Virus record (IMG/VR): IMGVR_UViG_3300027754_000077
DNA from: an uncultured virus (IMG/VR IMGVR_UViG_3300027754_000077)
Taxonomy: Duplodnaviria > Heunggongvirae > Uroviricota > Caudoviricetes
Strand: one strand, 5' to 3'
Length of the DNA: 64,000 nucleotides
In this document: positions 20,362 to 30,882 of the stretch, one piece after another
How the letters are laid out: each line of letters starts with the position of its first letter
Position numbering within the stretch: position 1 is the first letter of the stretch
The notes under the pieces: model-generated
Databases searched by the model: none
What the model saw: the letters and a program-made list of their open reading frames with translations, nothing else
What the model was told of the DNA's origin: nothing
Position numbers and translations under genes: made by a program

Positions 20362-22725
20362 TTGTCTAACAATATCAATTCAATGCCAACATTGGCGTCA
20401 GTACTCACAGAAGCTACAAGAAAAATAGTAGGAAAAACAGAAGCTAGAAATGGAAACAATAGGCAATCTGGAAGAAACTGGGCAGAATTAAGAACAGCAA
20501 AAGGTTTTGGTGCTACAGGTGGCAGATATGCTCAAATGTCAACAGGTGGAGGTTTAAATAACACCACTACACAGCCAAACTTTTATAGCCCATTTCTTAC
20601 TCCATCGTCATTCCAAATTCCAAACACAAGAAAAGAAATCTATCTTTGGGCAAATTGGTGGCGTAATAATGAGCCAAAAGTTGCAGCTGGTATAGATTTT
20701 TACACAAACTTCCCTTTTAATGGCTGGAAACTTGAATGTAAATCTGGAGTGGTAAAAGATTATTTTGAGAAATTAATTGAAAAATTAAATTTCCAAAAAT
20801 TCTTACCTTTGATTTCAGGTAACTACTATTTGTATGGAGATGCATTTGTTTTAACTGAAATTGATTGTCCTCATTGCTTTGGATCAATGTTTGATCAAAA
20901 AACAGGTCAAAAATGTGAACATAAAGGTGCAAGCTGGAAATCAATGACTTTATTAAATCCAGATTCAGTGATGATTACTCCTGGTTTTATTTCAACTGAG
21001 CCTCTTTATGCTTACTTGCCTAATGATAGAGAAATCAAAATTGTAATGGAAGGAAATCCTAGAAAACTTTTTGAGCAAATTCCAGATGGGATTAAGGCTA
21101 AAATTAGATCAAAACAACCAATTCCTTTAGATCCAATATGTATACACCATTTTAAACACGGTTCTGATTATTGGGCAGATTATGGAACATCACTTGTTAA
21201 ACCTCTTTTTGTTACTCTAGCTTATAAAGATAAATTAAGACAGGCACAATGGCTCATTGCTGAAAGACACATCATTCCTACTAAAATTGTAATGGTGGGT
21301 GATGATAATCGACCAGCTTCTCAGGCAGACCTTGATTCTGTGCAAGAACAACTTGCAGCAGTGGCAAATGACCCCAATTTAACTTTAGTAGTTCCTCATG
21401 CATTTAAATATGAATTTGTTGGCGCTGGATCTCAAGTTTTAAATGTATCCTCGGAATTTGATTTATTAGATGGAGAAATCCTGGACGGTCTAATGTTGAA
21501 TAAAGGATTGCTTAACGGGGAAGGTCCAAACTATGGTAGTGCTCAGGTTGGCTTGTTGGCAATGAATGAAAGATTAGAAAGCTGGCGAAGAGAAATGCAA
21601 CATTTTATTGAACAAAAAATATTTAAACCATGCGCTGAGTGGAATGGTTTTTATGCTACTGGTGATGGGGGTCAAGAAGAAATAATTTATCCAAAGATTA
21701 TTTTTGATCCTTTAAGATTAAAAGATAACACTGGTACGCTTCAAATGCTTGTTACAGCACAGCAAAATGGTACTATTTCTGCAGAAACTTTAGTTGAAGA
21801 ATTTGGATTAAATTGGGATCAAGAAGTAGAAAGATTAAGATTTGAACAAGGAATGAATTTTGTTAATGCTCCTGAAGTTATGGACACAGACATGAACATA
21901 GGATTTGGCGGAGTGAGTGGTCAAGGATTTGGTGGAGGTGCACTTAACCAACCTTTAACACCAGGGGCTGAAGGAGGAGAGATGGGTGCTATGCCAGGTG
22001 CAGAACCAGTTGGTGGTGATCTTGGCATGGGTACAGTGCCAGAAGCTCCTGCATCACCAGCGCCAGCACCTGGTGCTCCTGCCACTGCTGAAACTATTTA
22101 TCGCCAATACAAGTTTGCATCTAATTTAATGAATGAAATTTCTTTTAACAGAACAGCAATGTCAAAATTAGATGAAACTAATTACATCAGTGAAATTGAT
22201 AGAGAGTTAAATGAAAAATTTGCTGTAACAGGTAGGGCTTATGTTGGAGAAATACCAGAAAATTTAGAAATGGTAAAGCCTTGGAATTGTCAAGGAATAG
22301 GAATACCTGAGAATTTTCAAGCAATGAAATTAGTAAGAGAAGCTAAAGTGAAAAATAAAGTTAACGTTCATGGCTACACTTCTTTAGAGAAAAAATTATA
22401 TAAGATTGTTATGGGGATGCAGCCACCATTAGCTTTCTATGCACAATATGAAGCTGGTCCTGGAAAAGATTATATTTTAGACGGAGCTTTTCCTCAAATA
22501 AAATTAGCTGTTGAAGCAGACGGAGAAATTTGGCACAACAACCCTAATAAAATAAAATCCGATAAAACAAGGGACACAAACTTATCCAGACAAGGTTGGA
22601 CAGTGTTGAGATTTACAGATAAAGAAATTGAAAAACAGCCAAAAGATGTAGCAATGGTTATTAAGCAAGCAATGCAACAACTAATTGGCGGTCTTTCAAA
22701 TGGTACAACTAATCAGATAATTTAA
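20362..22725 (+). CDS. Portal protein fused to a C-terminal DUF559/Vsr-like endonuclease domain
   Basis: Portal-like core (YYLYGDAF, LLNPDSV, YGTSLV) upstream of the protease; Pro/Gly linker; C-terminal LDGAFPQIKLAVEADGEIWH...DKTRD..L...GWTVLRF. Confidence 0.8.
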   Translation: MSNNINSMPTLASVLTEATRKIVGKTEARNGNNRQSGRNWAELRTAKGFGATGGRYAQMSTGGGLNNTTTQPNFYSPFLTPSSFQIPNTRKEIYLWANWWRNNEPKVAAGIDFYTNFPFNGWKLECKSGVVKDYFEKLIEKLNFQKFLPLISGNYYLYGDAFVLTEIDCPHCFGSMFDQKTGQKCEHKGASWKSMTLLNPDSVMITPGFISTEPLYAYLPNDREIKIVMEGNPRKLFEQIPDGIKAKIRSKQPIPLDPICIHHFKHGSDYWADYGTSLVKPLFVTLAYKDKLRQAQWLIAERHIIPTKIVMVGDDNRPASQADLDSVQEQLAAVANDPNLTLVVPHAFKYEFVGAGSQVLNVSSEFDLLDGEILDGLMLNKGLLNGEGPNYGSAQVGLLAMNERLESWRREMQHFIEQKIFKPCAEWNGFYATGDGGQEEIIYPKIIFDPLRLKDNTGTLQMLVTAQQNGTISAETLVEEFGLNWDQEVERLRFEQGMNFVNAPEVMDTDMNIGFGGVSGQGFGGGALNQPLTPGAEGGEMGAMPGAEPVGGDLGMGTVPEAPASPAPAPGAPATAETIYRQYKFASNLMNEISFNRTAMSKLDETNYISEIDRELNEKFAVTGRAYVGEIPENLEMVKPWNCQGIGIPENFQAMKLVREAKVKNKVNVHGYTSLEKKLYKIVMGMQPPLAFYAQYEAGPGKDYILDGAFPQIKLAVEADGEIWHNNPNKIKSDKTRDTNLSRQGWTVLRFTDKEIEKQPKDVAMVIKQAMQQLIGGLSNGTTNQII

Positions 22726-22997
22726 TTTCTGTCTGAAGAAATAAATTCTGATAAAGCTTTTTTAAGTCGCTGAAAAAGCGATGGTCTTGGAGCAACCAGT
22801 TTTGTTTCGCTGTCTTGAGGCATAGGAGGAACGGAAACAATAATATCCATAGTTTCTTCAACTATATTCAGATTGTGTTCCTGAATGTAATCCAACGCCT
22901 CTTGCTTAGTTTTAAAAACTCGCAAGGCTCTTTTGCCACCGTCTTTAATGATGGAATATTTGCCATCATTCTCCTTTAATCGCACAGAATTATTCAT
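22722..22997 (-). CDS. Small DUF2188-like protein
   Basis: YSIIKDGGKRALRVFKTKQEAL motif; CGTATAAAT element just upstream. Confidence 0.55.
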   Translation of the reverse strand: MNNSVRLKENDGKYSIIKDGGKRALRVFKTKQEALDYIQEHNLNIVEETMDIIVSVPPMPQDSETKLVAPRPSLFQRLKKALSEFISSDRN

Positions 22998-23051
22998 TAA
23001 TTATTTATACGTAGAGGGTGAGGAAAAGTTTCAAAGAAATATAATCTAGGC

Positions 23052-26000
23052 ATGATAAAACGAGGCATAAGCGGCGGAATGATTTCTATCAGTTCTTTAA
23101 TAGATAAAAAAGATAGATCAGCCCTAACTAATAATTCAATGATTAAAACTTCTTCTTCGATAAGAGAAGCAGCAAAAATTGGTTTGCAATCTCTATATGC
23201 AAATGCTGATGAAGTTTTAGAAAAGTATAAAGATTTTGACATAATCAAAGAAATGAAAAAGAGAAACGGCGCTAACCTTTTATGGGTTAGAGCTAGATCA
23301 ATTGATGCTGATGTGTGCAACACAAATGGTGACTATTTTAGCGAAGAAGAACTGACTAAAGATGTAGATTATCAAGGCAAAAAAATGCCTGCTTATAAAA
23401 CTTTTGAAGGTGTACCCATTTACACAAACCACAAAAATGACAATATTGAAGAAGCTAAAGGTATGGTCGTTTATGCAGAGTGGGATGATGATGAGAAGTG
23501 TGTCTATTGTGTTTTCTTCATTGATGAAGACGCTTATCCAGATATAGCCAGGGGAGTAAGGCAAGGATATATTCATGATGTCAGTATGGGATGCTCTGTG
23601 GACGAAGGTGTTTGTTCAATTTGTGGTAACAAAGCCACAACTGAAAGAGATTATTGTGATTGTCTTAAAAAATATAAAGGCAAAATGCACCCTTCTGGTA
23701 AAAAAGCTTTTGAATATAACTATGGCATAAAATTTATTGAGCTTTCATGTGTAGGAGACGGTGCTTTCGAATCGTGTGAAATTATTGAGTTGTATGATCA
23801 GGATGAAATTTTACAAAAAGCAGAAACAGCAATTAAAACTGCGCAATCTTTAAATTCTTCAATTTCTTTAGCTGCATCTATGAATGAAGGCATTTATCAA
23901 CAAAGAGAAGTAGAGCATGCACTAAGACAATTACAAAATCTCAATAGAAGCATAATTAAAATTGCACAAACCGCAGGAACTCTTGTTGGAGGACAACTAA
24001 TGGGTGGTACAGGAGCACAAAATGCAACTGTAGTAAAGGTTCTTCAAGGTCTTGGCATTGATCCTTCAAGCAGTCTAAATATTTTAGATTTAGTTAATCT
24101 TGCACTAAATTTTCTTGAAGTTGCAGTGTTGAATTTATTTTCAAGAAAAGATAATATTGACTTAGGTCATGTTGCAAAACTTACTAAAGCAATGGGGGAA
24201 CTTCAAAATACTCTTCAAGATATGATTGATGATGGGATTGAGACAGCTGGTCAAAAAAACGCTCAGCCTATGGTTCCTGCACAACCCCAGATTCCTGCTC
24301 AACCTGCTCAACCTTCTCAACCAGGGCAACCTGAGCAAGCTCCCAACGCCGCCCCACAATTACAGACTCAAACTGCAGAATTTGAGCAACCTTCTGTTGG
24401 AAAATTAATTGCACCATTTTCTCAACAACAATATGTTATGCCAATTGGTGGTGGAGTAAGCGCTAGTTCAAATAATGTGAGATTGGTATGGGCTTCTTCT
24501 AATAACACTGCTGATGAAATAATTGAAACTAAACATTCTAAACTGAATAAGTTAGGGAAATTAGCTATTGCTATAAACAATTTAAGGGAAGCCTGTGGAA
24601 TTCCCGAAAAAAATAATGAGGTGACATTTAATGTTCCTCAGAATGATAAATTAACAGCTTCTACTGGAGACAAAAAAATTATGGATCATTTCAAGAAAAT
24701 TGCTCAGGATTTGAAAAAACAAAATACAGCGACACTCGCAGTTGACATTAAAGTAGATGACAACACTGGTAACAGAGTTGTTTTATCTACAGAGAAAGGT
24801 ATCAAAGGCTATCACAATGGTCATTTGACAAATTGGACACCTAATTTGACAGATGTACAGTTTGCACAATTAGAAAACGGTGATGGATATAGAGTTGCTG
24901 CTGATCTTTTGAAAGATTTTTCAAGCACAGTTAGAACAGCACAAAAAAATAATGAAATTGACACTTTAATTATAATGGATGAACATATTTCTAATGGAAG
25001 AACTGAGCAGCATGTTTCCATTTTTAAAGATTTGAAAAATGATCACGTTAAAAATGACAACAACACTTATCAAGCAAAACTTGATGAACGAAGACATAAC
25101 ACAGTTGAAGACAATGTTATGGAAAAGCTTCTAGGTGGTCAGCAAACAGGAAAACTTGTAAGAATTGTAACAGAACTTTCAAATCAAGCTCAAAAAGGTT
25201 TAGGACATGAACCTTTAGAAGATATGCTTCATCCAAATTTTGGTCATTCTACTGTACCAGGTAAAGAAATTATGTGCAATGTTATGGATGGTGTTGTCAG
25301 AACATGTTTGGCAACAAAAGAATCTCCAGAAAAAGTTCTTGAATTTTTAACTAAATCAGCATCTGACAAAAACTTTGGAAAAATTTTAAAACTTGCTCGT
25401 CTTGGGAAAGAAGCTAGAGAATATGAAAGCATAATGAATAAATTTGCACAAATGGATACTCAGCTAGAAGATGGCATGAAAGATGCAGCTTTAACTGGAC
25501 AAGCTCCAGATATGATTGGTGAAGAAATGCAACCACCTATGGAGCAAGCAGCTATTGAAGATGTTGCTGATACTGCTACAGAAGAAACAACTGAAGGAGA
25601 AATTATTTCAGCCTTAACAGTTATTAAAGAAAATTTTGAAACAGCAGTTGAAAAATTAACAGAACTTCTTGAAAAAGTAGCTCCAGAGCCAGAAGGAAAA
25701 GAAGATGAAATGAAAGGTGCTCTAGAAGATGATGAAATGATTGACAATAATGCCATGAAAGGTGCTGTTACAGGTCTTTCTCTTGCAGGAGAGGATATGG
25801 GTGCTCAACCCGATGAAATGATTAATTCTGTTAATTCTATGCCAGCTGATAATCTTGCGGCAGGAATTAACGATGCCAGATTACCATCGAAAGCTGTGGC
25901 AAGAGCGAAATCAAGATTGACAAAAGTGGCATCCAAAAATAATATTGAATCAAATATTATTGGTTGGCTGGCAGATGTTGCAATTCAAAACAACATTCCT

Positions 26001-27281
26001 ACAGAAAAAATTGCCCTAGCAGCTAAACTTTTCTGTTCTTACAAAGAAGCAGCTAGAGGTGTATTGAACAAATCTATAAGAACTTCTGAAATTAAAGTTG
26101 TTGATGAAACTACTCACTCAACCACAATCTATGCAACTCTGAAAGATATTGGTGCAAATGTTAAAGATGCTGCGTTTAATGATAAATTTAGAGAATTTGC
26201 AGTTGATTTGTTGTCAAATTCTGGTTATTCAGTTGATCCTAATACTTTTGCTTTAACAGACATTTGTGTTAATGAGGATGGCACTGTTTGCGGGAAAGTA
26301 AGCACAAGAGCAACAAAAACTTTCAACCCAGAAATGCTATCAGAAGAAATTATAACTGATGAATATGTTGATCCAGACAGATCAATGATGTCAAATAGAC
26401 CAGAGCTAGGTTTAGGTGACATGGACATGGAAACAAGTGGTGTGGGAGAAATTCTACAACCAGCAATGATGGTAATGTCTGAATCTTATAAATCCGCAAA
26501 TAGAATTGCGCGACTCCAAAATGTTGTTAAAATCGCACAAGGATTAGGCTTACCAGGAGCTCCCGGCGCTACTCCTGGAGGTGCACCTGCTGCTCCAGCA
26601 ACTCCTCAAATGGACTCATTAGGCGGAATGGCAGGAGGGTCTGCAGACATGGGTGTCGGTTCGCTTACAGGTGGTAGCCCAGATGCGGGATTAGGTATGG
26701 ACAATATAAATGAATCCCCAGAACCAGGAAATAAAGCTCCTTGGGGCACAATCTGTCCTCAATGTGGCTCAAAAGATATTGACATAGCCAATGGTACTGG
26801 CAACTGCAATTCGTGCCAAGCACAATTAACATATAAATTTATTGTAGAAGTAGCACCTCCTGATGAAAAAGAGTCAGGCGGCATGGACATGAGTGAGCTT
26901 CCTGAAGAGCCAATGGCTCCAGAGGGTGGAATTGGTAGTGCAGAAGCTGGAATGGCAGCTGTACCTCCTGCTCCGGCAACTCCAGGTGCACCAGCTGCTC
27001 CCGCTACTCCTGCACTTGCTTCAAATCAAAGAATTATGACAAGAATAGCCTATAAAACTTCTGCAGATGTTTACGCAAATGCCTTATCAGATGGTTTTGT
27101 TAAAGAAGCTGCATCTAAACTTCCAGTGGGTATGATTTGCCCAGCTTGTGGTTCAAGAACAGCATCCAAGAGACAAAAACAAACATATTGCTACAACTGC
27201 GGAACTGTAGCTGTAGCAGAAGTTAAAAAAGTTGAAAATGAACCAGGAATGCTCGAAGCAAGCATTACTTGGATGCAATAA
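23052..27281 (+). CDS. Prohead maturation protease with very long C-terminal extension
   Basis: N-terminal domain with NGDYF, IYTNH (His), DVSMGC (Ser), CSIC, FIELSCV; followed by helical, Pro-Ala-rich and CxxC segments. Confidence 0.82.
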   Translation: MIKRGISGGMISISSLIDKKDRSALTNNSMIKTSSSIREAAKIGLQSLYANADEVLEKYKDFDIIKEMKKRNGANLLWVRARSIDADVCNTNGDYFSEEELTKDVDYQGKKMPAYKTFEGVPIYTNHKNDNIEEAKGMVVYAEWDDDEKCVYCVFFIDEDAYPDIARGVRQGYIHDVSMGCSVDEGVCSICGNKATTERDYCDCLKKYKGKMHPSGKKAFEYNYGIKFIELSCVGDGAFESCEIIELYDQDEILQKAETAIKTAQSLNSSISLAASMNEGIYQQREVEHALRQLQNLNRSIIKIAQTAGTLVGGQLMGGTGAQNATVVKVLQGLGIDPSSSLNILDLVNLALNFLEVAVLNLFSRKDNIDLGHVAKLTKAMGELQNTLQDMIDDGIETAGQKNAQPMVPAQPQIPAQPAQPSQPGQPEQAPNAAPQLQTQTAEFEQPSVGKLIAPFSQQQYVMPIGGGVSASSNNVRLVWASSNNTADEIIETKHSKLNKLGKLAIAINNLREACGIPEKNNEVTFNVPQNDKLTASTGDKKIMDHFKKIAQDLKKQNTATLAVDIKVDDNTGNRVVLSTEKGIKGYHNGHLTNWTPNLTDVQFAQLENGDGYRVAADLLKDFSSTVRTAQKNNEIDTLIIMDEHISNGRTEQHVSIFKDLKNDHVKNDNNTYQAKLDERRHNTVEDNVMEKLLGGQQTGKLVRIVTELSNQAQKGLGHEPLEDMLHPNFGHSTVPGKEIMCNVMDGVVRTCLATKESPEKVLEFLTKSASDKNFGKILKLARLGKEAREYESIMNKFAQMDTQLEDGMKDAALTGQAPDMIGEEMQPPMEQAAIEDVADTATEETTEGEIISALTVIKENFETAVEKLTELLEKVAPEPEGKEDEMKGALEDDEMIDNNAMKGAVTGLSLAGEDMGAQPDEMINSVNSMPADNLAAGINDARLPSKAVARAKSRLTKVASKNNIESNIIGWLADVAIQNNIPTEKIALAAKLFCSYKEAARGVLNKSIRTSEIKVVDETTHSTTIYATLKDIGANVKDAAFNDKFREFAVDLLSNSGYSVDPNTFALTDICVNEDGTVCGKVSTRATKTFNPEMLSEEIITDEYVDPDRSMMSNRPELGLGDMDMETSGVGEILQPAMMVMSESYKSANRIARLQNVVKIAQGLGLPGAPGATPGGAPAAPATPQMDSLGGMAGGSADMGVGSLTGGSPDAGLGMDNINESPEPGNKAPWGTICPQCGSKDIDIANGTGNCNSCQAQLTYKFIVEVAPPDEKESGGMDMSELPEEPMAPEGGIGSAEAGMAAVPPAPATPGAPAAPATPALASNQRIMTRIAYKTSADVYANALSDGFVKEAASKLPVGMICPACGSRTASKRQKQTYCYNCGTVAVAEVKKVENEPGMLEASITWMQ

Positions 27282-27346
27282 AAAGGAGAATTGATAAAGT
27301 TAATAGAAAGATTAAATATCGACTATAAAACAATAGGACAATAAAA

Positions 27347-29125
27347 ATGATAAACGGTCAAAGCGAACAATTAAATCAAATAAAAAGGGCAATGAAAATA
27401 CACGAAATCGTTTCATCTGACAAAGATGAATTAACTGCGTGTAAATCTGATCTCATGAGAAAAGTAGCAATGGATAAAGAAGAAGCTGAAGAAGTGGCAA
27501 CATCAATCAGAGATATGTTTCTTCCAAAATTACTTAAATCAGAGGGTTTGGATGAAGATGATATGCCTGAAGATTTTATTGGTAAAATGACCGATGACGA
27601 CGATAACTTCGACGAAGAATACAAAGATGAAGATCGTGATGAGTTGGAAGAAGAAGATGAAGAAATTGATTTTTCAGATGACGATGAAGATTACGAAGAT
27701 GACGCTCAAGATGACGATGACGAAGTAGGTGAAGATGAAATCGCTACGATCCACATCACAGTCCCTGCAGACAAAATTAGAGATGTAGAAAAAGCTCTCG
27801 AAAGCGTTCTGGGTGACACTGATGCACAATCTAAGGATCATGCAATGGGTCACAACAAAGAAAACCCTCAAGGAGAAAAAAACATGAATAACAAAGAAGC
27901 TCGAAAGGCACTTAGAAAAACTATTCTGGCATCTATCGCTGAAGAAGATGTAGATCACGTTAAAAAGGCTGAAGGATTTGATCACGATAAAAGTGAACAA
28001 TACACTGAAGAAACTTTTTATGATACTACAAGTTTCGGCGGATCTAAAGATTCAGATATCGACACTCTAAATTATGCAGACATTGAAATTCCTAATTTTA
28101 CTACATTAGTAGATGGTTTAAAACCAGACTTAGGACTCAAAGAATCATTGAAAACATTCAAATTTGATGGCACCCCAACAGATGCCGCAGATTTTGAATT
28201 AGATTTCAATCCGTTTGAAATTCCATCACAAGGAAATCAAGAACTTTACGAAGGTAAAGGTCCAAAAATTCCTTCAGAAATGAAAATTCCAATGAAGAAA
28301 ACAGTTAATGCTTCTCAGCTTGGAGAATTTGATGCAGATGCCGCTGAGGAAGCGCTTGCATTTGCTCTTCGACAAGCAGGTGTAGAAGATGAAGATCTTG
28401 GCAAACTTACCTATGCTGAAGGCTTGGATTTATTCAAGGCAATTAAAACAGCAAGTGAAGATAGAGAGCATTATACACAAACAGGTGTTATGAATACTGA
28501 AAATGGATTCGTTCAAAACACTAATATTACTGATCCAGATAAGAAAACCACAAGCAAAAAAGAAACTATGGTGACAACTGAAGATCAATTGGAAGAAGAG
28601 CACCACGCAAAACATGCGTCAACAGATGATCAATACGTAGCTATGCTAAGGAAATTGATGAAAGGTGCATCATACGCTGAAAAGGATGAGGAAGAAGATA
28701 TGGAAGACAAAGCAGAAAACAAACTTCACGTTGATGACTTAGTTATCGAAGCTGAAGAAAAAATGGCAAAAGAAGCTGAGCTTTACAAAGCCAGACTCAA
28801 GACAGCTTATTCCATGACTACAAAACTTGCAACAGCAGGTATTCTTCCCGCACATGAAGCTGATTCACTTGTTGAAGGATGGCTTCAAGACGGTTTGACT
28901 GTTAAAGCAATGATCAAACAAACACAACTTATGCTTAATTCAGCAGCAGCTCACGCTGAAAAGTACGCAGCTTCTTCAAGCTCTGTACGAACTGCCTCTT
29001 CTGGGATTGCCTTCAACCCATCAGTAAGAGGAGCAAGCGCAGATTTAAGCGGTGCATCTGAAATCCAAAATGCTTTAAAGAATCTTGGATGGTCTACACC
29101 AAAAGTTACTGGGATGGAGGAATAA
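27347..29125 (+). CDS. Acidic scaffold-like/prohead core protein
   Basis: Asp/Glu tracts and helical C-terminus; located between protease and capsid genes. Confidence 0.55.
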   Translation: MINGQSEQLNQIKRAMKIHEIVSSDKDELTACKSDLMRKVAMDKEEAEEVATSIRDMFLPKLLKSEGLDEDDMPEDFIGKMTDDDDNFDEEYKDEDRDELEEEDEEIDFSDDDEDYEDDAQDDDDEVGEDEIATIHITVPADKIRDVEKALESVLGDTDAQSKDHAMGHNKENPQGEKNMNNKEARKALRKTILASIAEEDVDHVKKAEGFDHDKSEQYTEETFYDTTSFGGSKDSDIDTLNYADIEIPNFTTLVDGLKPDLGLKESLKTFKFDGTPTDAADFELDFNPFEIPSQGNQELYEGKGPKIPSEMKIPMKKTVNASQLGEFDADAAEEALAFALRQAGVEDEDLGKLTYAEGLDLFKAIKTASEDREHYTQTGVMNTENGFVQNTNITDPDKKTTSKKETMVTTEDQLEEEHHAKHASTDDQYVAMLRKLMKGASYAEKDEEEDMEDKAENKLHVDDLVIEAEEKMAKEAELYKARLKTAYSMTTKLATAGILPAHEADSLVEGWLQDGLTVKAMIKQTQLMLNSAAAHAEKYAASSSSVRTASSGIAFNPSVRGASADLSGASEIQNALKNLGWSTPKVTGMEE

Positions 29126-29185
29126 TTACGAAAGTAATTTTACTTACAAAAAGGAAAATATAAACTAAAAGGAGAAAATAATAAA

Positions 29186-29902
29186 ATGGCATTAAGAGCA
29201 CTTAACTCAGTGATTGCAGCTAACTATAATAAACTTAGCACAGATCCAATTCTCGCCGGAGATATTGTTGCGTTTAACACAAACGACGTAACACAAAACC
29301 CTAGCGTTGTTAGAAGAGCCGTTAGAAACACACAACTTATGAGAGCTGCTGTTCTCGGAGTTGCTGGTGATGACGCAGTTGGTACAAACCCTTATGGTGA
29401 AACACCAACAATGATTAACAACGACCCTGCAGGTTCGAACTTTGTCAATGGTTCGGCTTTCCAATCTTACACAGCAGGTTTTTATGTTGGTGTAAAGAGA
29501 GCTATCAGTGATTTCAAGGATGAATCAATTGATCTAATCACAAACCTGACAGCTGGTATTCCTACTTACGCTCAAAGAGGCGTGAGTGTCTATACCACAC
29601 CTTCGACACAATTAATCACAGACCGATTCACATTGCTTACTGCAAGCAGTGCAACAGCAGATAACGGTGGTGCGTGGACTCCAACTCCTGGTGACCTAGT
29701 TACTTGGGGTGGTACAAATAGTGCAGCTGTAACAACTACACCTACTAATCCACAAGCTGCTACTTCAAGCACATACAATGCTGGACTTCTTGTAAAATGG
29801 GTTCCTTCTTCAGGTTCTACAGTTACAGATTGGGGTCAGCCAATTGGTCGAGTTGACTACTATGATTCAGGAGCTGGATTGCTTTACTGGACATTACTTT
29901 AA
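29186..29902 (+). CDS. Putative capsid decoration/cement protein
   Basis: Strong AAGGAG RBS, immediately upstream of the capsid gene, Thr/Gly/Ala-rich beta-type composition. Confidence 0.6.
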   Translation: MALRALNSVIAANYNKLSTDPILAGDIVAFNTNDVTQNPSVVRRAVRNTQLMRAAVLGVAGDDAVGTNPYGETPTMINNDPAGSNFVNGSAFQSYTAGFYVGVKRAISDFKDESIDLITNLTAGIPTYAQRGVSVYTTPSTQLITDRFTLLTASSATADNGGAWTPTPGDLVTWGGTNSAAVTTTPTNPQAATSSTYNAGLLVKWVPSSGSTVTDWGQPIGRVDYYDSGAGLLYWTLL

Positions 29903-29923
29903 TCTAGGGGGATAATTAAGAAA

Positions 29924-30775
29924 ATGGCATTAACAAAAACAATAAACGAACAAAGAGAACAGATTGTTGCTATGGCATTAGAGACAGCTGAAGGTAAAAC
30001 TGCACTGGCTCAAGCTATGGTCGAACCAATCAAAAACGCACTCATGTACCAAGCAATCGGACGAAAGCTTCTTCTCGTAGATGAACTCCCTCAAGGTGTT
30101 CTTCCTCGATATGAAAGAGATGTAACTGCAAAGTCCTTCGTCGTTTCAAAGAGAGGAAATGTTCCTACATCTGAAATTGAAGCAGAAGAACTTTTAGTTC
30201 CTACTTTTGAAATCGCTGCAAACCCAGTTATTCGTTACTCTGAAGTAAAAGCTCGAAGATTCTACATTGTAGACAGAGCACAAATCAGAGCTAAGGATAG
30301 CCTTCAGCGACAAGAGGATACTGAAGTATTCAAAGTCCTTAATTATGGTACTCCTAGCGACCAAACAATTTCGGTCAGCGGTACAGTTCAACTTGAGCAA
30401 ATTAACCTTGCACTTACTCTTATTGAAGAGCATGAACTCATCGGTGCTAAAATTGTTGTTCCACCTGCACGATACAAAGACTTCAGAGGATGGGGTCCAG
30501 ATGTGTACGACCAAGCAACACAAAGAGATATTCTCCAAACTGGTTTGTATGGTCACTTGTTCACAGCTGACATTCACCTTTCCACTATGGTTCCAAAGAA
30601 CTGCGTATTTGTCATGGCTCCTGCTCAATTCGTTGGTGCAATTCCTATCAGACAAGACATCACAGTTCTGCCAGCAGATGACACACGAAGACTCCGATTG
30701 GGTTGGGTTGTGTACGAAGAATTGGGCTTCGCTGTTATCAATGACTTTAGTCTTTCTAAGATTATAGTAAGCTAA
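29924..30775 (+). CDS. Major capsid protein (HK97 fold, no delta domain)
   Basis: LAQAMVEPI...YQAIGRKLLLVDELPQG...PTFEIAANP...GWVVYEELGF pattern; end of head operon followed by a terminator. Confidence 0.85.
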   Translation: MALTKTINEQREQIVAMALETAEGKTALAQAMVEPIKNALMYQAIGRKLLLVDELPQGVLPRYERDVTAKSFVVSKRGNVPTSEIEAEELLVPTFEIAANPVIRYSEVKARRFYIVDRAQIRAKDSLQRQEDTEVFKVLNYGTPSDQTISVSGTVQLEQINLALTLIEEHELIGAKIVVPPARYKDFRGWGPDVYDQATQRDILQTGLYGHLFTADIHLSTMVPKNCVFVMAPAQFVGAIPIRQDITVLPADDTRRLRLGWVVYEELGFAVINDFSLSKIIVS

Positions 30776-30802
30776 TAGGTACAAAGTTACACAAAACTAA
30801 TG

Positions 30803-30830
30803 AAAACCCTGGATTTATCCAGGGTTTTTT
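30803..30830 (+). terminator. Intrinsic terminator after capsid gene
   Basis: AAAACCCTGGA-TTTA-TCCAGGGTTTT followed by T run. Confidence 0.85.
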
Positions 30831-30882
30831 GTTTTTCAAGATAATAACAAGTTAAAAATACTTTTTTGCTGTATAATAAAGT

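Noticed and set aside
22997..23323. 108-aa minus-strand ORF
   Set aside because: Mostly antisense to the protease gene, with no motif or translation signal
29124..29139. AATTAC-GAAA-GTAATT hairpin before the decoration gene
   Set aside because: Only a 6-bp AT-rich stem; too weak to call as a terminator or processing site
30194..30784. 196-aa antisense ORF and 140-aa alternative-frame ORF in the capsid gene
   Set aside because: Explained by the codon bias of a highly expressed gene; no RBS or recognisable motif
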